Assembly: GCF_964188315.1 (NCBI RefSeq)
Contig: NC_135658.1
Location: 35,526,001-35,590,000, forward strand
From: Podarcis muralis
Lineage: Eukaryota
Direction of reading: 5' to 3'
Length of the DNA stretch: 64,000 nucleotides
Under the pieces are notes generated by a model. The model was not told the origin of the DNA and did not search any database. It saw only the letters and a program-made list of their open reading frames with translations. A program made the position numbers and the translations under genes. How positions within the stretch are numbered: position 1 is the stretch's first letter; every line of letters starts with the position of its first letter. Positions 34,296 through 48,362 of the stretch are shown one piece after another.

Positions 34296-34548
34296 TCTTA
34301 AGAATATAAAAGAACCCTGCTGGATCAGTCCAAAGGCCCATCTAGTCCAGTATCCTAGTCTCTCAATGACTATCCAGATGCTTATGAGAAGACTGTAAGC
34401 AGGACCTGAATGCAACAGTGCTCTGACCACCTGCAATTCCCAGCAACTGATATTCAGAGGCATGTTGCTTCCAAGTGTTGTGGAAGAACATAGCCATTGT
34501 GGCTAGTAGCATTCATAAGCTTCCATGAATTTGTCTAATCCTTTTCTA
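34296..34548 (-). mobile_element. CR1 LINE 3' end
   Basis: AAGAATATAAAAGAACCCTGCTGGATCAG...GGCCCATCTAGTCCAG is the reverse complement of a CR1 tail. Confidence 0.7.
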
Positions 34549-35678
34549 AGAATGTAGGAAGGTGCCCTGTAAATCTGTATAAAGTTAGCCAGTGCACATG
34601 AAGAGATACAATCTTGGTGCTACCCACCCGCAGTATTATACAATTCCCACTGTAGACTAGGCCAGGTAACATTTTGGGATTAACTAAGTATAATGAATGA
34701 ATTGAATTGAATAATAAGAGATGGACAGACTTCCCTTTTTTTGCTGGTTAAAACAACTCTAATTTGAGTAACAATCCCTGTAATTTGAGTACAGTTGCAC
34801 ACTGGTTGTGAATTTTTCAACGACTGGAGCCATTTCCTCTTCTTTTTCCCTGCCCTCAGCATCAAAACTTAAGTCATGTGTCATTTTAGACTTTTTATGG
34901 TGGTCACATATTTTTAATCCTGATTTCCTTCTTTGAACCCACAAAGTGCTATATAAATACAAGTGCTATATTCTTAAAAGATGTCAAGCTTTTTTCACTG
35001 AACTTCTTAAAGTCAAAGGATGGAATTCAATTAGTGCCTTTGCACTTGCAGAAGGGCTTTTGTTCCAGCAGATGCCTCTGCAAATTAGAGGGGAGGCATT
35101 TCTTGCTGATTTCTTCCTGTACCACCTTCCTTGCTATTCAGCAGGACTCCCAATTCTCTGTGTCCAGTTTTTCTGGGCACTGTTGTAGGGAGAAACAATG
35201 GACACTGTTGTTCCTTAGCAGAGGCATCTGTGATCTGCTAGATCAAAAGCTGTTCCATGAGTGCAAATACACCAATTAGATTCCACCTTAAGAACTTTAT
35301 TGTGATGTAAGCATTTGTGCTTTAAATATCAATGTTACATCTAAGATGGATACAGTAATGAGTATAAATGGGGGCTGTTCAAAGCAAGACCTCTAAAATT
35401 ATTCAATCAAGACGTGTGCTTTAATAATTTGCTGTACCTTGATCTGAATTGCCCTTGGCAGTAGTAATAGTGGTGCCCTGTGGCTTTAAAGACTTACTTT
35501 GATTTCTTTTTGTGTAACTGAAGAATTTTGTTCTGCATTAGTCACGTGATTGGAGCTCCCTTCACTATATGTCTATGTTCTTACAGTGTGCTCTGTATAA
35601 ACAGTTGTGGAGGTGCTGACACTGTAAGTGCAAAAGTCTCCTCTGCATAACAGTGCTTTATGAGGTTGCTGCTCCCAT

Positions 35679-35811
35679 NNNNNNNNNNNNNNNNNNNNNN
35701 NNNNNNNNNNNNNNNNNNNNNNNNNNNNNNNNNNNNNNNNNNNNNNNNNNNNNNNNNNNNNNNNNNNNNNNNNNNNNNNNNNNNNNNNNNNNNNNNNNNN
35801 NNNNNNNNNNN
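35679..35811. other. Assembly gap (133 N) overlapping the 5' part of PCNP exon 2
   Basis: Run of n characters. Confidence 1.
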
Positions 35812-35952
35812 GTGGAGAAGCCGGCAACTGATGAAGAAACTGACGACCCCGACACAAAGCCTGCTCCTGCCAAAATGTCCAAGTTTGGGTTTGCCATTGG
35901 CACACAGGTTGCAAAGAAACCACCTGCAATATCCATCAAGCTTGGAGCAACT
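35812..35952 (+). CDS. PCNP: PCNP exon 2, sequenced 3' part; true acceptor uncertain (35654 or inside the gap)
   Basis: Encodes [47 protein letters not shown], donor |GTAAGT at 35953. Confidence 0.92.
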
Positions 35953-37386
35953 GTAAGTTATTGGAATGTTTTATTGTGAATTATAAAGTTGCAATGTATT
36001 TTTTGTGGTAGCATGCTAGTTAAGTAGTAAAAAAACAAAGCTTTTTATTTCATTATTCATTGATCAATAAACATTTAAAATATTGTAACTGTTACAAACT
36101 ATGTATGTCTAGCATGCACGTGTATTCATACACACACTGCCAAGAGTTTTAGGATCTTTTGCGAGAGTTATGGTGTACATCTGTTATGACTATGTCAACA
36201 CTTAATCTTATGCCCAAAGGAAGTTCTTACACAAAAGGATTAAAAAAAGCTTGGTTTATTATATGAAATGAAGGTGACAGAATAGATATACAGGCAGCAA
36301 ACCTACAGTACCGACACACTTTAGTCTAAAGAGTGAAAGAATCCCTAACTAGTCTCAAAAATCTACAGAAAGTGAGTGTGGCAATTTTGCCACAGAACCC
36401 ACACTAGTAGCAAGTCAGGAAATGGAAGTGTGGTAGATTATGCCTGTCCAGGTATACACAATTGGAGCATGTGTTGTCTCTTTAAGAATGCTGAGTAAGT
36501 TCTTGGTTGGGGCTTCAAAAGCTAACTTAACAATTGAAAATCTAAGGGTTTTGTATTAATTTTAGGCAATGAATTCTAATGGAGGAGGAAGGTGGGCTTT
36601 GAGGCTTTCCTATAATTCCAAACATTCTAATGTGCTAATGTGTCTATTTCCTATTTTGCTTATTTGCTTAATAATATTTTCATTAGATTTACATATGATG
36701 ATCTTTACACAAGGAATTAGGAGCGCAGTATGTCTCCTAATGCTTTCCAGGACACATTTGAGATGAGGTTATGCTAACCTTCTTACGCATGCCATGATCA
36801 GCAGTAATAAACTGTAGAAAAAGTTCAGATTGACATATACCTATTCACAATTTCTTGTGAATTATAAAGTTGTATAAAGGTGTTTTTGGGGTAGGATGCT
36901 AGTTAAGCATAAAAAAACATAAAGCTATTTATTTCAATATTCATTGATCCATAAACATTTATAATAATACACTGCTGCAAGGGAATGAAATTCTGGAAGC
37001 TATTGGTGGGTGTGGTGTTTACTTGAAAAAATTCTTTTGAAGTTGGTGATTTTTGTTCTGACTTAGGTGTTATGCAGTACTGAGTACATAGTATAATACT
37101 GGTGGTATTGTTTAGCTACACTGGTAAAAGATAGCTGCACTAATATATTCTTATATCAATAAATATAATGCATGAGCCTTGGTTAAAGGTACAAATATCC
37201 ATTGACAAGCATCTAAAGAACTTAAGGGGCTTATTGTTGTTTTCTAAAATATTCCACCTTTCAGTGGCTAATGGGGATTTCCAGGTAGATTTGGGAAATA
37301 CCACAAGAACCACAAATACGTATAACAAAACAAAAAACCCTCACAACATAGGACAAAAAACAAGTGCTGTCTTTGTTCTCTTTCAG

Positions 37387-37461
37387 AAACCTAAAGAGCC
37401 TACTCCAACCCTAGCTCCAAAAACGCTTTCTGTAGCAGCAATCTTCAACGAAGATGAAGAT
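37387..37461 (+). CDS. PCNP: PCNP exon 3 (75 bp)
   Basis: Encodes [25 protein letters not shown], with TTTCAG| and |GTAAGT. Confidence 0.96.
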
Positions 37462-38436
37462 GTAAGTAAATATATTTTCTTAGAATAGAGAAGTATGGTA
37501 TTCTCTGACCAGGACGAGTATGGGTACAGGAAAGAGAAAGTATCATATGCTACTAGTCCAATACAACAAACTGGCATGGGATTCTGCTAAAATCTGAAAT
37601 GTGTAAATGCCCTTTGAAATTTGAATTTCAAATAATTTAAACACTTTGGCATGAGGTCCAATATTGTGTCAGTGATTTCCCCTTCTTCCTGAAGCCCTGC
37701 CCCACCTCCTGTTTGCTCTGGAGGGGACACATTTTGGGACACAGCAGGGGGCTTGCAGAGAACAGAAGGGGCAAGCCCATTTGTGAGAGCAGAAGCCAGC
37801 TGTGCCAGCAGGCACCATAGTTGGGTATCACTCTGTTGCCAAGCTGTCTTTAAAATTTGACAGTTGACATTTTCCCCGTTTCTGCACAAGGCTGATATAC
37901 GGTACAAATCTAAAGTATTTTTCCAGCCTTTGCTTTTTTCAGACTTGGAGTGTTTTTTTTTATTCCTGTGTTTCTAAAACACATTACTACTGCCCCCTGG
38001 TGTGTGAAACCAATCGTCCCTCTGACTTGAATTTGAGTCTGTTATCTTTGCTTCTTAATAGAACTGGCAGTAGGCAGATGAGAGAAATGTAAATGCTATG
38101 TGTTCTTTGGGTGGGGAATTTGGATCTGTTTTGGTTTTTGTCTTTGGCAGTATTGGTGATAGAACCTTGAATTTTAATTTGAGAATAAAAAAAGGTTCAT
38201 GGAAGGGGGCATGTGTCAGAAAAACGTGCATACTTCTCCCTGGCTCAGATCTGATCCCTCTAGATATAGAGCTGCAACTGCCTGCTTTGTTCTGAATGTA
38301 AATATAAAGTTATTAAGTGTAAACATGAATTTAGAAGAGGCTTGTAATGTGTTCATTATTTCATATGCCACAATTTTACTCCTACTGATTAGAATTTGTA
38401 ACTATTTTCTTATGTTCATCTTTTCTTTGAAAATAG

Positions 38437-38492
38437 AGTGAACCTGAAGAGATGCCACCAGAAGCTAAAATGCGCATGAAGAACATTGGAAG
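38437..38492 (+). CDS. PCNP: PCNP exon 4 (56 bp)
   Basis: Encodes SEPEEMPPEAKMRMKNIGR, with AATAG| and |GTAGAG. Confidence 0.96.
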
Positions 38493-39258
38493 GTAGAGTT
38501 GCACTTGCTTGTTATTTTAGGAAAATGTGGGGTGACAGAAATATGTTCTACATAGTAGCTTTTGTAGTTTTGCTTTCTGCAACAACATCATTTCAAAACC
38601 TTTCACAGTTTTTCTTGTTATGGCCAAAACTATATGAGATCTTCTCATCCCATCCTGTCTTGTCTCTTCTGTCTCATACCCACTTTCCACCCCGCTTAGG
38701 TTATGTCTTTCAGTACAGTATTTTTGAAAGTTATGTAATATCTCTGAATCATAATGACCCAAAGCCTGAGAGTTTATGGAAGCTAATCTGGAAAAAGTAT
38801 TTTAGCACATTGAACAGTCTGTGACTGTTCATTATGCAGATACAACTTTTATTATAAACTGACTTTAAGGTCATGGTCCATCTAGCTCTAGGCAGACAAG
38901 CAATATTAATATATTGGGGTTTTAATATTCAACATATTCAAAGTGTGTGTGCGTGTGTGTATGCGCACTGCATAGTATTCCCAGGTTTAATATTGTGGGC
39001 ATTGTCACTAACTGCTGCTTTGTAGCTGCATAGAAGAGATTTCTGCACTATTATTTTTTCCATTGTGTGAGAGTAGTTCTAGAGAGGCATCTTTCATTGC
39101 CTCACAATGAAAGAGATGATGGTGTTAAATTTTTCTGAACAGCAAACTTAAGAAGGTACCTACTGCATGTTAGCAGGTTAGCATGTGTACCTGGACTTCT
39201 AAACTATTAATATGAAACTGATAAAGTTGGCTACATGCTTTTTTTTCTGTTATCACAG

Positions 39259-39385
39259 GGATACTCCAACTTCAGCAGGACCAAATTCTTTCAACAAAGG
39301 AAAGCATGGGTTTTCTGACAACCAGAAGTTATGGGAACGGAACATGAAATCTCACCTTGGAAATGTCCGTGAACATGATGACTAG
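39259..39385 (+). CDS. PCNP: PCNP exon 5 to stop
   Basis: Encodes [46 protein letters not shown]| acceptor. Confidence 0.96.
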
Positions 39386-39615
39386 CTGTGTATTGAGATC
39401 TGAGTGTTGGGAGAAATGGGAGGGTATGATATTAAAGGAACAGTTTCCTTTTTTAGAGTGGTGTATGGCTATTTTGGGTGCCACTTTTAAAAGTTTCTAA
39501 GTGGTGCACAAAAAAACTGAGTTTAAAAGTAGAGGTAATTTATGTTTTGTATACAGATTTCAAAGCATTTGCTAATTTTGTAGCTTCGTGCAATTAATTT
39601 CACAAGGTTATGGAA

Positions 39616-39621
39616 AATAAA
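39616..39621 (+). terminator. Candidate proximal poly(A) signal of PCNP
   Basis: AATAAA 230 bp after the stop codon. A longer UTR is possible. Confidence 0.45.
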
Positions 39622-42600
39622 GACATTGGAAGTGGTACCTTTTTAAGAATTTTCTTTTACAACTATTCTTATATGAAGACAGAGGAAAGGTTACTGTCTC
39701 TTTAATCCATTTAAATTAAATGCTGCTGCGCTCAAGAATTCCAGCTCCTACTTTGTAATAGATTGTTTGTCTCCTTAAGGCTACTTTTATAGAAGGGGAG
39801 TAACTTGCTATACATTGAGTTTGATAGACTCTGGCTTTCTGGTCAGCATAGAACCTGAAAAGACTACTGCAAAAAGTCATTTAGTATTTTAAACATCCAT
39901 AAACTCAGACTTCTGGCTGTGGTAGTTTAGCTCTATAGTCCTGTTTAGAAACTTTGTGTAATTTCTCTGTGGCCTGTTCCACTCTTAGACATCGGTCTTA
40001 CATGTGTATAAATATTAGGAAAAAGGTAGATCAGTATTTTGATTGTTTTCTTAATCATGAGTCTTGACCAGTGCTTGTTAATGTTCCTTTGTCAATTTGA
40101 GACCGATAAAGAATATCAGCAGAAAAAGGCATTATCAAAATGATGATTGTACTTTTATCCTGCTTTAGTTTTGTTTTCAGTATTTCCCATAATCCCTTAA
40201 GAGGAAAAGAAAGCCACACACAAACCAACCAACCAACCAACCAACCAACCGTTAGAAGCATTAATCCATATTTTGGTTTAAAGCTTTACTTTAAATGCTA
40301 GAAGACCTTCATGTTGTATTTTTAAGTAAGGGACACTCTTGGATTTTCAGACAGCATTTTAATCCACTTTAGTTTTGTTATTAAAGCAATCTGTACAACA
40401 TAACTTTACACTTTTCCCCCCAGCTGTTTTACATTTTGTATTGCTGGAACACTGTTGAGACTTAATTTCTTTTAGCAATAGAGTTTCCTGTCAATTCTTA
40501 TTTCCCTAATCTACCTGGACAAATACCTAAAACACTTGAGGACTTTTCAGCAGGATTTAAGTTGTGTAAGTAGTCTGGGGTTAGGTAATATCAGCAGTCA
40601 CAATTGACCGGCGTAGCTGAAATAGATAAAACACTTCAGAAGCAGTATATGGGTCTAAATTACTAGTTTTCATATGTAGTGTGAATATCATGATCATATT
40701 ATAGATCACCTACTGTATGTTAGTCACTCTCACTTCAGCACAACGAGATTATCTGGTGGGGGAAATAGGCATCCAAGTTTTCTTTTTACAATTTAGAAGA
40801 GCTTTGACCATGTAGACATCTGTGTGTAAGATCTAAGCAGTTTTGTATTTGTATGTGAATTTTTGTTTGCAGTTAAAAAATCTGTAACGTATATTTTCTT
40901 TAAAGGCTTTGTTATAAACATAAGAGATGTAAACAAGTTATTTCTCTAGAGCTGCAGTTGTTGAATTACTTGTGAAAGTTCAAGGCTTTAAAAAAAGATG
41001 ATTTATCTTGGCTCCTTATTATTGAAGCCAATGGCACAATTAGCCCTTAACTAACCATTAATCAGGGAAAAGGAAAGATGGCACTTTTAACCATTTATGT
41101 ACCTAAACTCACCACCCACCCACCCACCCACACACACACAGCCCTTCAATTTATTAATTCATTTATAGCCTTTGGGTGACCAATGCCATGGTCAGCTTTA
41201 GCCCCATTCTAAATAATAATCTTAATGTGTGCTTGTTTTCAATACCCTCCCCACCATCAAAGCAATGAAAAAGTTCACAAATCCTTTACCTCGGGCTTAT
41301 GATATGCTAACCTCTTGAAGTTTCACAAGAACTCTTTGAAGGAGGAAGGAAAAGTCTGGAGTATTTGTCATGATTTATTTCCAAGTTGGGGAAGAAATGG
41401 TGGGAACCAAAAGCTGTAACTTATTCTTCTTTGAGCTTTGCTTGTGCTGATGCTGTATAATCTTTAGCCATGGACTCTAGCTGCTGAGGCTAGTGTTTTT
41501 AAGTATAAAAACTTGTCAAGTAAAACTAAATTCCATGTCAATTTCATGTATTATAAACAAAGGAAGTGGTATATATGCTTAAATTTACCAAGGCAAGTAT
41601 GAACGCAACCTTCTTTTTTTACAAAAACCCTTGGCTAACGTCACTGTCTTATTTGTGTGTACACAATTTTTTCTCCCTGCTACATCTGACTAGCCAGACT
41701 TCTCAAAGTGGAGAATTTATTTAAGATAAAGAATATTTCCAGATTAAAGGAGCTTCTCAAGGCCACCATGAATTTCAACAAATTATGAATCAGACTTGGA
41801 AACTATTTTGAAGAGAGCAAGATATAAGATGTGCTCCAGTTAATAATTTACCATCCTTTAATGAAGCACCTGTAAGTAGTATGTTTAGCTTAAGCTATCA
41901 GCCCTTCATTTTTCTGATTTGGAATACTGACCACTGAAGTGACTGCATTACTTCTACAAAAGGCAGGAGTTGCTTTTTCAATTTGTTTTCTTATCACATA
42001 TTTCTTTTGGTGTAGAAAAGAATTTTTCAAAGTGGGTTCTCATGATTCCTAGGATTTCCCAGTGAGATCAGTAGTGACAAATGTATTTGGAAAAACTGCA
42101 TGTTTTCTGTTGCTGATCTTTAGTCTGTGCAGCCATTGGAGAAGTCTGGGGGCACTTTCATTTCTGGTGATGATGCCCAACAGGCATGGTTACTACCCTC
42201 TGTAAACTCGGTGTAAACCTTTTCCAGTCTCCTGCTGCTCTGCGGGTTCCATGATGGGTTTGGACAGGGCTTTGTGAAGGTCTGAAAGCCACTACTTTAG
42301 AGGATTTGATATGTTTGCATGCTAACCTCTCTGCAAACAAAATATTTGTCATTGCTTGTTTGTAAAATAGAGGTCAGGAATGGGTGTCTAGAGCATTAAC
42401 CCTGTTTTTCAGGATGCTTTTTAAAAAAGCAGCTTGCTGTCAACTGCCTTTTTCAGGAATCTCGGTGTGCTATTCCTGCTCCTTTGCTTTGTCTGCTTAT
42501 CTCCAGATCGGAACTGGGGTACATGCTGCCAGCTCAGCAGCCTTCACCTTGATTTATTACTCTTTAGCAGGCTGAATTTGGCAAAATTTCAAGTTATGGT

Positions 42601-44899
42601 AATAAAGCTGCACTCACGGAGATTTCTGAATCTGCCCTAATAGTGAAATGGTATCTAGGCAGAATTAGTAATTGGAGAGAAGAATATGGAATATTTGTTT
42701 AACAGCTAACAAGTTGCTATAAACTTGCTGCTCAATTCCAGCAATTGGAACTAAATTAAAAATGCCAAAATGTTGGTCTGCTTATACAGAAGTAAAATGT
42801 GAAATAAACAGCAGAGGGCCAGAACATTTGTGTGTACATATATAGAGCTCAGTATAAAATATGAAGCATTACAAATAAGCGTATGACCAGGCTGTTACTC
42901 TATAAATCTAGCACTATCATACTATAGTTGGTATTATACAATAAGGCTGGTATTGCCCCCAAAGTCAAATGTCAAAAGTGTGAGGCAAAAACACAAATCT
43001 AACCAGCTTCTTTTTGCTGAACTAAATAGTAATGAGTACTTCATCTTGGTGTTTGCTGTTGTTTTATTGCTTGTGATACATTAACAAGGGTATTAAAATT
43101 GTACTTTTAAATGGGTAGCAAGAGGTTACCAAGCTGAGAGGGCTCCTGTATTTCTAAGAGCTGCTCAGAAAATGATTTCACCCAAAGCTAAAATTTCATG
43201 TACATGCAGTTGCAGTGGCAAGAAATGTTATGCAGATGAAAATTTTGGTTTGAATGAACTTTAAAGGGATAGGAGCATCACTAAGAGCTGGACCTACCAT
43301 TCCTACCAACAAAAAGAAAGCACAGTTTTCTGCTACCCATCCCATTTCTAGTTGTTTCATGAGATCACTTACAGTATTTGACTTAGCTCGACTGAAACTG
43401 AAGTACAAAAACACAAATTCCTCACTACACGCAAATTGTGAGCATGTTCTACAATAGTCCCATCTCCTGGCACAATATTTTTATGTGGCTCAAGATATGT
43501 AAAATTCCTAAGTGCCAGCTGCTGGTTTTCAGGCATCGGAGCAGTTCCAGTTCATGCACCTGTGGCAAGCCAGTTAGAGGTACTTCAATTCTGTTGATTT
43601 TAATAAAATGTTGTCATCACAGGTGTAACGATTGGAGCGTAGCAACATGTTTATTACACTATTTAATCAAATTACAGGTAGTATTTCAAAATCGGGATCA
43701 AGCTTAAGTTCCCTAGAGAACACACTATCATACTTTCGCCACCTTTGCTTAATATCTGGCTTGCAAGAATTCTGGGAAACTCAAAAGCTTGCATACTATT
43801 TTGTGCCAGCACTATTGAATCCTAAAAAAGTTTTTTTTTTATAAAAAAGTTCAATATTGTATACACATCTCAGAAGCTGTCAAAATGAATCAAATCAACT
43901 GCAAGAAATAAGAGCAGGTGCTGACTTTTAAGACATACCAGTGCATCTTTATAATTGTGGAGCTCCTTTTTCGGAGGACCCACATTGTGGGTTCAGGAAG
44001 AATGAAAATATATCAGGGAATCTGTTGCTGTTTAAGTTTTGTTGTCTTACTGTCATTTGTATATTTATGTGCCACTAAGCTGGTTTGAGGCCTTTTGTTA
44101 GAATAGCAGTAAACCTGTTTTAATGAATTATAGAAAAACATGAGACGATGCAGCAATAAGTAAACCATTTTGAAAAGATAATGTAAAACAGGCACTAGGA
44201 AATTAGGGGTGCAGGGAATGATATTAGTCATTACTGCTTCTTTCTTGGTTCAAGAGAACGTCTTGTAATTGGGCATTCCAGGGTGACGAGTTTTGCTTAC
44301 AGAGTGGGTTGTAAGGCATTGTGATATTTTCTAGAGCTGCTTGGAGTATGGGCAACAGATCCTAGCTTCTAATACCCCACCACTCCCACTGGGTACCAGT
44401 ATGGGTGTCTGGGATGAGGTTTTTAACCTAGCAGAGGAAGACTACTGGCTGCAAGATTTCCGCTCTAGTCAAAACTCCCTATTAACTTCAGTAGCTGTCA
44501 AAGCCTATGATGAACCTGGGTTTGTCCAGTGGAGGATATCTGTCAGGCATGACACCAACTGCTAGTGCTACCTCTTGCCATTGTTAGTGGTAGTTAAGAA
44601 GGGAGTACAGCTTCGGGACTATTAGAGCAATGGTGATGTAGTCTGCTGCAGCACCAGGGTAATGGATATTTCCTCCTTGCTCTGAAGAGTTAATATTTTG
44701 ACAATACCTTAGACTCCAATACTATACTGCAACCTTCCCCAACCCTTCAGATGTTCTGGACTGCAGCTCATCATGGCCAATGCTTCGAGATTATGGGAGC
44801 TGTAGTCTAAAAATCTGATGGGGAACCTGCATGCAAGGTGGTTGCTTTTCTGTAACCAAGCCAGTTGCATATTCTAGCCTGTTTATCCTTCCATTTCTC

Positions 44900-45585
44900 T
44901 CCCCTTCTGCGTTGTTGGCATCTGTCTCGAGAGACAATGGAATGCACCTCCAGGGGTGAAGTCAAATCGCTGCTTTAGCAGCATTGAAGTGACCTCCTTC
45001 GGGCTCAAGTCTGGGCAGTGCGTATGGAGGTTCTGAGCTGCCTACACATTACAAGACCCCTTGCTGATGTGGTTCAAAGGAAAGCAGAGCTTGGCTGCAG
45101 GAGTTGCTGGAAGGAGGCATTGAGGGTGCCATCCAACCATCTTAGGGACTCCACTCTTGAGGGTTTACTCCTTAGCCTTTTCTTCTCCTACAGGGCAGCA
45201 GAGGTTTAAAATCAGTTTTCCTTCTCCTAGATGGGCTACCTTCTCAGGTTGAAAAGCGCCATCTGCCCCTCACGTCTGTCTACAGCACACGCAGAAACCA
45301 CCACCTTGACTATTGGACCCACTATTGGTCTTGTCCACTAAATCTGCCAGAGCCTGTATTCACATGCAGGGGAAGCCCCAATCTTACTGAGGGTTTGAGA
45401 CCCATCACCAACCTTCACCTGCTTTAGCTGGTCAGTTGAAGCCATTTCCCGGGTATGGTCACTGTTTCAGGCTGACAGCTTCTAGTAGCCACTGGTGAGA
45501 GCTGTGTGCAGGGTGGAGACCAAAGGTGGACAAATTACTCCAGAAAGAGCATAATGTGCGCCTTCCAGAGGTCCTACCCCTTCCA
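44900..45585. mobile_element. Interspersed repeat, probably LINE-derived; family not assigned
   Basis: GC-richer block that I recognise as a recurrent squamate repeat. No ORF or TSD resolved. Confidence 0.4.
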
Positions 45586-47409
45586 GTTCATTACCTACAA
45601 TGTAACCACTTTGTGAAAGAATAGCCTCTCCTATCCTTTGAACAGAGAAAGTAGCTCTCCCAGTAGCTCTTTTCTCTTTTTCTTGCTTGTAGGTCCCTTG
45701 CTGTAGATACCTTCTTTATATAGTACCATGTACATGCATACTAATATAATACAGGAATACTTTTCCAGTTTTAAACAAGCTCTAGTTTGTTTCTACTATT
45801 AAAATTTGTGTTTGGATTTAAGGTCAAGACTAAAATACCTATACTGTAGATTGATATAATCCTGAGAATTTAAATTTCTGCAATATCAGGGCTTCTTGCT
45901 GTCACTGGAGGAAGCAATGTTTCAAATACATCACGACTGAACAACAAACAACTTCACATCTTTTCTCACACCAACTAGCAACATAACACAACAGTATTCT
46001 TTAACTGGCTATCCTTTGTTTAATGAAAACAAAGTGAGACAGATGAAAACTTGGACCCCTGTAAGTTAACTACTGTTGCCAGGTATCAGAATTTCAACTG
46101 GAATTTCATGATTCTTTTAAGATAGGTGAAAGCCTGAACTAGTTATGTGTACAGTAAACAATTTAGAATGTTTAGAAGCAGACATTACTGACACTATAAT
46201 ATTTTAAACAACTTTTGAGATGAAGCCGCGTTGCCACTGACACAGATGTTGCCATACTGGATCCACATGGTTGTGCTTATACCCATTCAATCGCTGGCTT
46301 GACTGTATTTTTAAAGTAGCGGGGGGGGGGGGGACTAGAACCTGTAGCCAAGTCTGCTCCCATTACACGTCCCTTGCCTTCATGTTTCACATGGTTACAT
46401 TTTGTTTTTTTAACAAGCATACTGAGTTCTATAGTCCTTGTGAATAGTTTTCTTGAATATATGACTAATCAAGGTATACATAATTTACAGACACTAAACA
46501 ATTTTGCTTTCTGCTTCAGTAAATTGTTACTGGTAGCTTTACAACAGACAATCACCACTTACAATCTGCAGAAAACAAAGACTCAATATCCCCATTATGG
46601 GAGGAGATGCTGTCCTTCATATAAGGCATTGGTTCTGTTGGTCTGTTTTTACAGAGAACAGGTAACAGCTTAGCTCCTAATTGATTCAGAAATTAATTTC
46701 TTTACAAATACAAACTTCAAGCCTCTATAATAAATAGTAATTGGCTTGATTAGAGTTTACCGACAGTAGCTCAATATCACTGCTATGGATATAGATTTCA
46801 TCCGTTATGGTTTGATAAACAACTCAATTGGAACCCTATGGTGCTCTTTTGCATCTAACTCTTAACGGGTCAAGTTTTTCTTTTTAAAATTATTAATCTT
46901 GGCAACTAGGCTTTAATTCCTTACCTCTCAAAACTGCATATACAAAAGTTAGGTTTCATGGATGTTGAAATGTACAACAAAATAAAATAACCACTCTTGG
47001 CTTTCATATACACAGCACATTCCTTAGTTTTTCTTTGTTTACACTGCTCTTAATGAAGCATAATTGCACCAGCATATATATATAAAGTATACAAATATGT
47101 TTGCTAGTTGTAGGACATGCAATCTTAAAAGTACTTTTACAGGTTATGCAAGAGACAAAACTGAAAAAGTGCAGGAATGTACAATGCAGCAGAGATTTGC
47201 CCCAACATACACACTGGAGTACAACTCACCGCCTCAGTCCTTCCCATGATCAGAATATTCATCTATATCGATAACAGGTTCATAGGTAAACTTGCAGATC
47301 AAACTCCTATCCTGCTTTTCAGTGAATTTCAAACATAGCTGGGTTTTTAAGTAACTGGCACAACTCCATAGCATACCAAACTGCCCAACAAAGCCAAAAC
47401 AGCAGTATA

Positions 47410-47547
47410 CAGTGGTACCTCTGGTTACAGACGCTTCAGGTTACAGACTCCGCTAACCCAGAAATAGTACCTTGTGTTAAGAACTTAGCCCCATTAGCTA
47501 AAGTGGCCCTCCAGAATGAATTAAGTTCTTAACCCATGGTACCACTG
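47410..47547. mobile_element. Internally deleted subfamily A MITE in the presumed ZBTB11 3' UTR
   Basis: TA-CAGTGGTACCTCTGGTTA...TAACCCATGGTACCACTG-TA, 307 bp downstream of the ZBTB11 stop. Confidence 0.88.
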
Positions 47548-47853
47548 TAAAAGCAAACTGCAGAGGGGAAAACAAAAACTACAACATACCTAACACTACC
47601 ACACCAATGACTTTATTTTTGAGATTTTACTAAGTGCTTACAACTGATCAGTAGTCTTAGTACATGTCCATGGCTTATATGGAAAGTCTTTGATTTTGCG
47701 TTTTATTACAGAGGTTGGTATTACACATTCAAGAAACTCTGGGCAGTGTTCTGGAGCTATTACTGTAAAAATCCAACCAGTACGATGGTTAATACTTTGA
47801 TAATTGCATGCCGCTTCACCCAGGTCACCTTCCTTATTCGTGAACTTTTGTAT

Positions 47854-48362
47854 TCAGTCTGGATCAGAAACATGTTCTACCTCCACTTCTACAGTTTGAA
47901 TGGCTTCTGTGACCTCAGTCATTTTCTGTCCTTGTTGTGCCAACACATAATTGACAACCTGCATGATACTTTGGTCAGAAAGTGTGGAAACTGTTGTACA
48001 GTCTTCAGCAGTTGCACCTGTTTCCAGTGTTTCTTCAGTCACTACTACTGTTTCAATCTCTTCACTGCAAACCTCTGTTTCTTGTTCTGGCACATCAGAT
48101 GTTAGAATGCTGATGGCATGTTCTACTTGGGTTCCCTGATTATGAAACTGAAGTGTGTCCTTTTCCAGCATAATTTTACAAGGTACATAATCCCGGTGGA
48201 ACTTGGTCATGTGCTTCCTTAAGGTGCGGGCATCTATGTAGGCTTCATTGCATACTGGACAAACATAAGGCCTCTCTCCAGTGTGTGACCGTACATGGCG
48301 CTTTAAAGAACGTGCATCAGCCCAAGCCACTCCACAGGTCAGACATTCAAAGGGTTTAACAC
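47854..48362 (-). CDS. ZBTB11: ZBTB11 exon 11 (ZF11-12 and acidic tail) with stop
   Basis: Encodes GVKPFECLTCGVAWADARSLKRHVRSHTGERPYVCPVCNEAYIDARTLRKH...SDPD*. AG at 48363-48364. Confidence 0.96.

Noticed and set aside
44341-44565. 74-aa protein-like ORF in the PCNP-ZBTB11 intergenic region
   Set aside because: Non-ATG start, no splice signals or recognisable family, and the length is within chance expectation.
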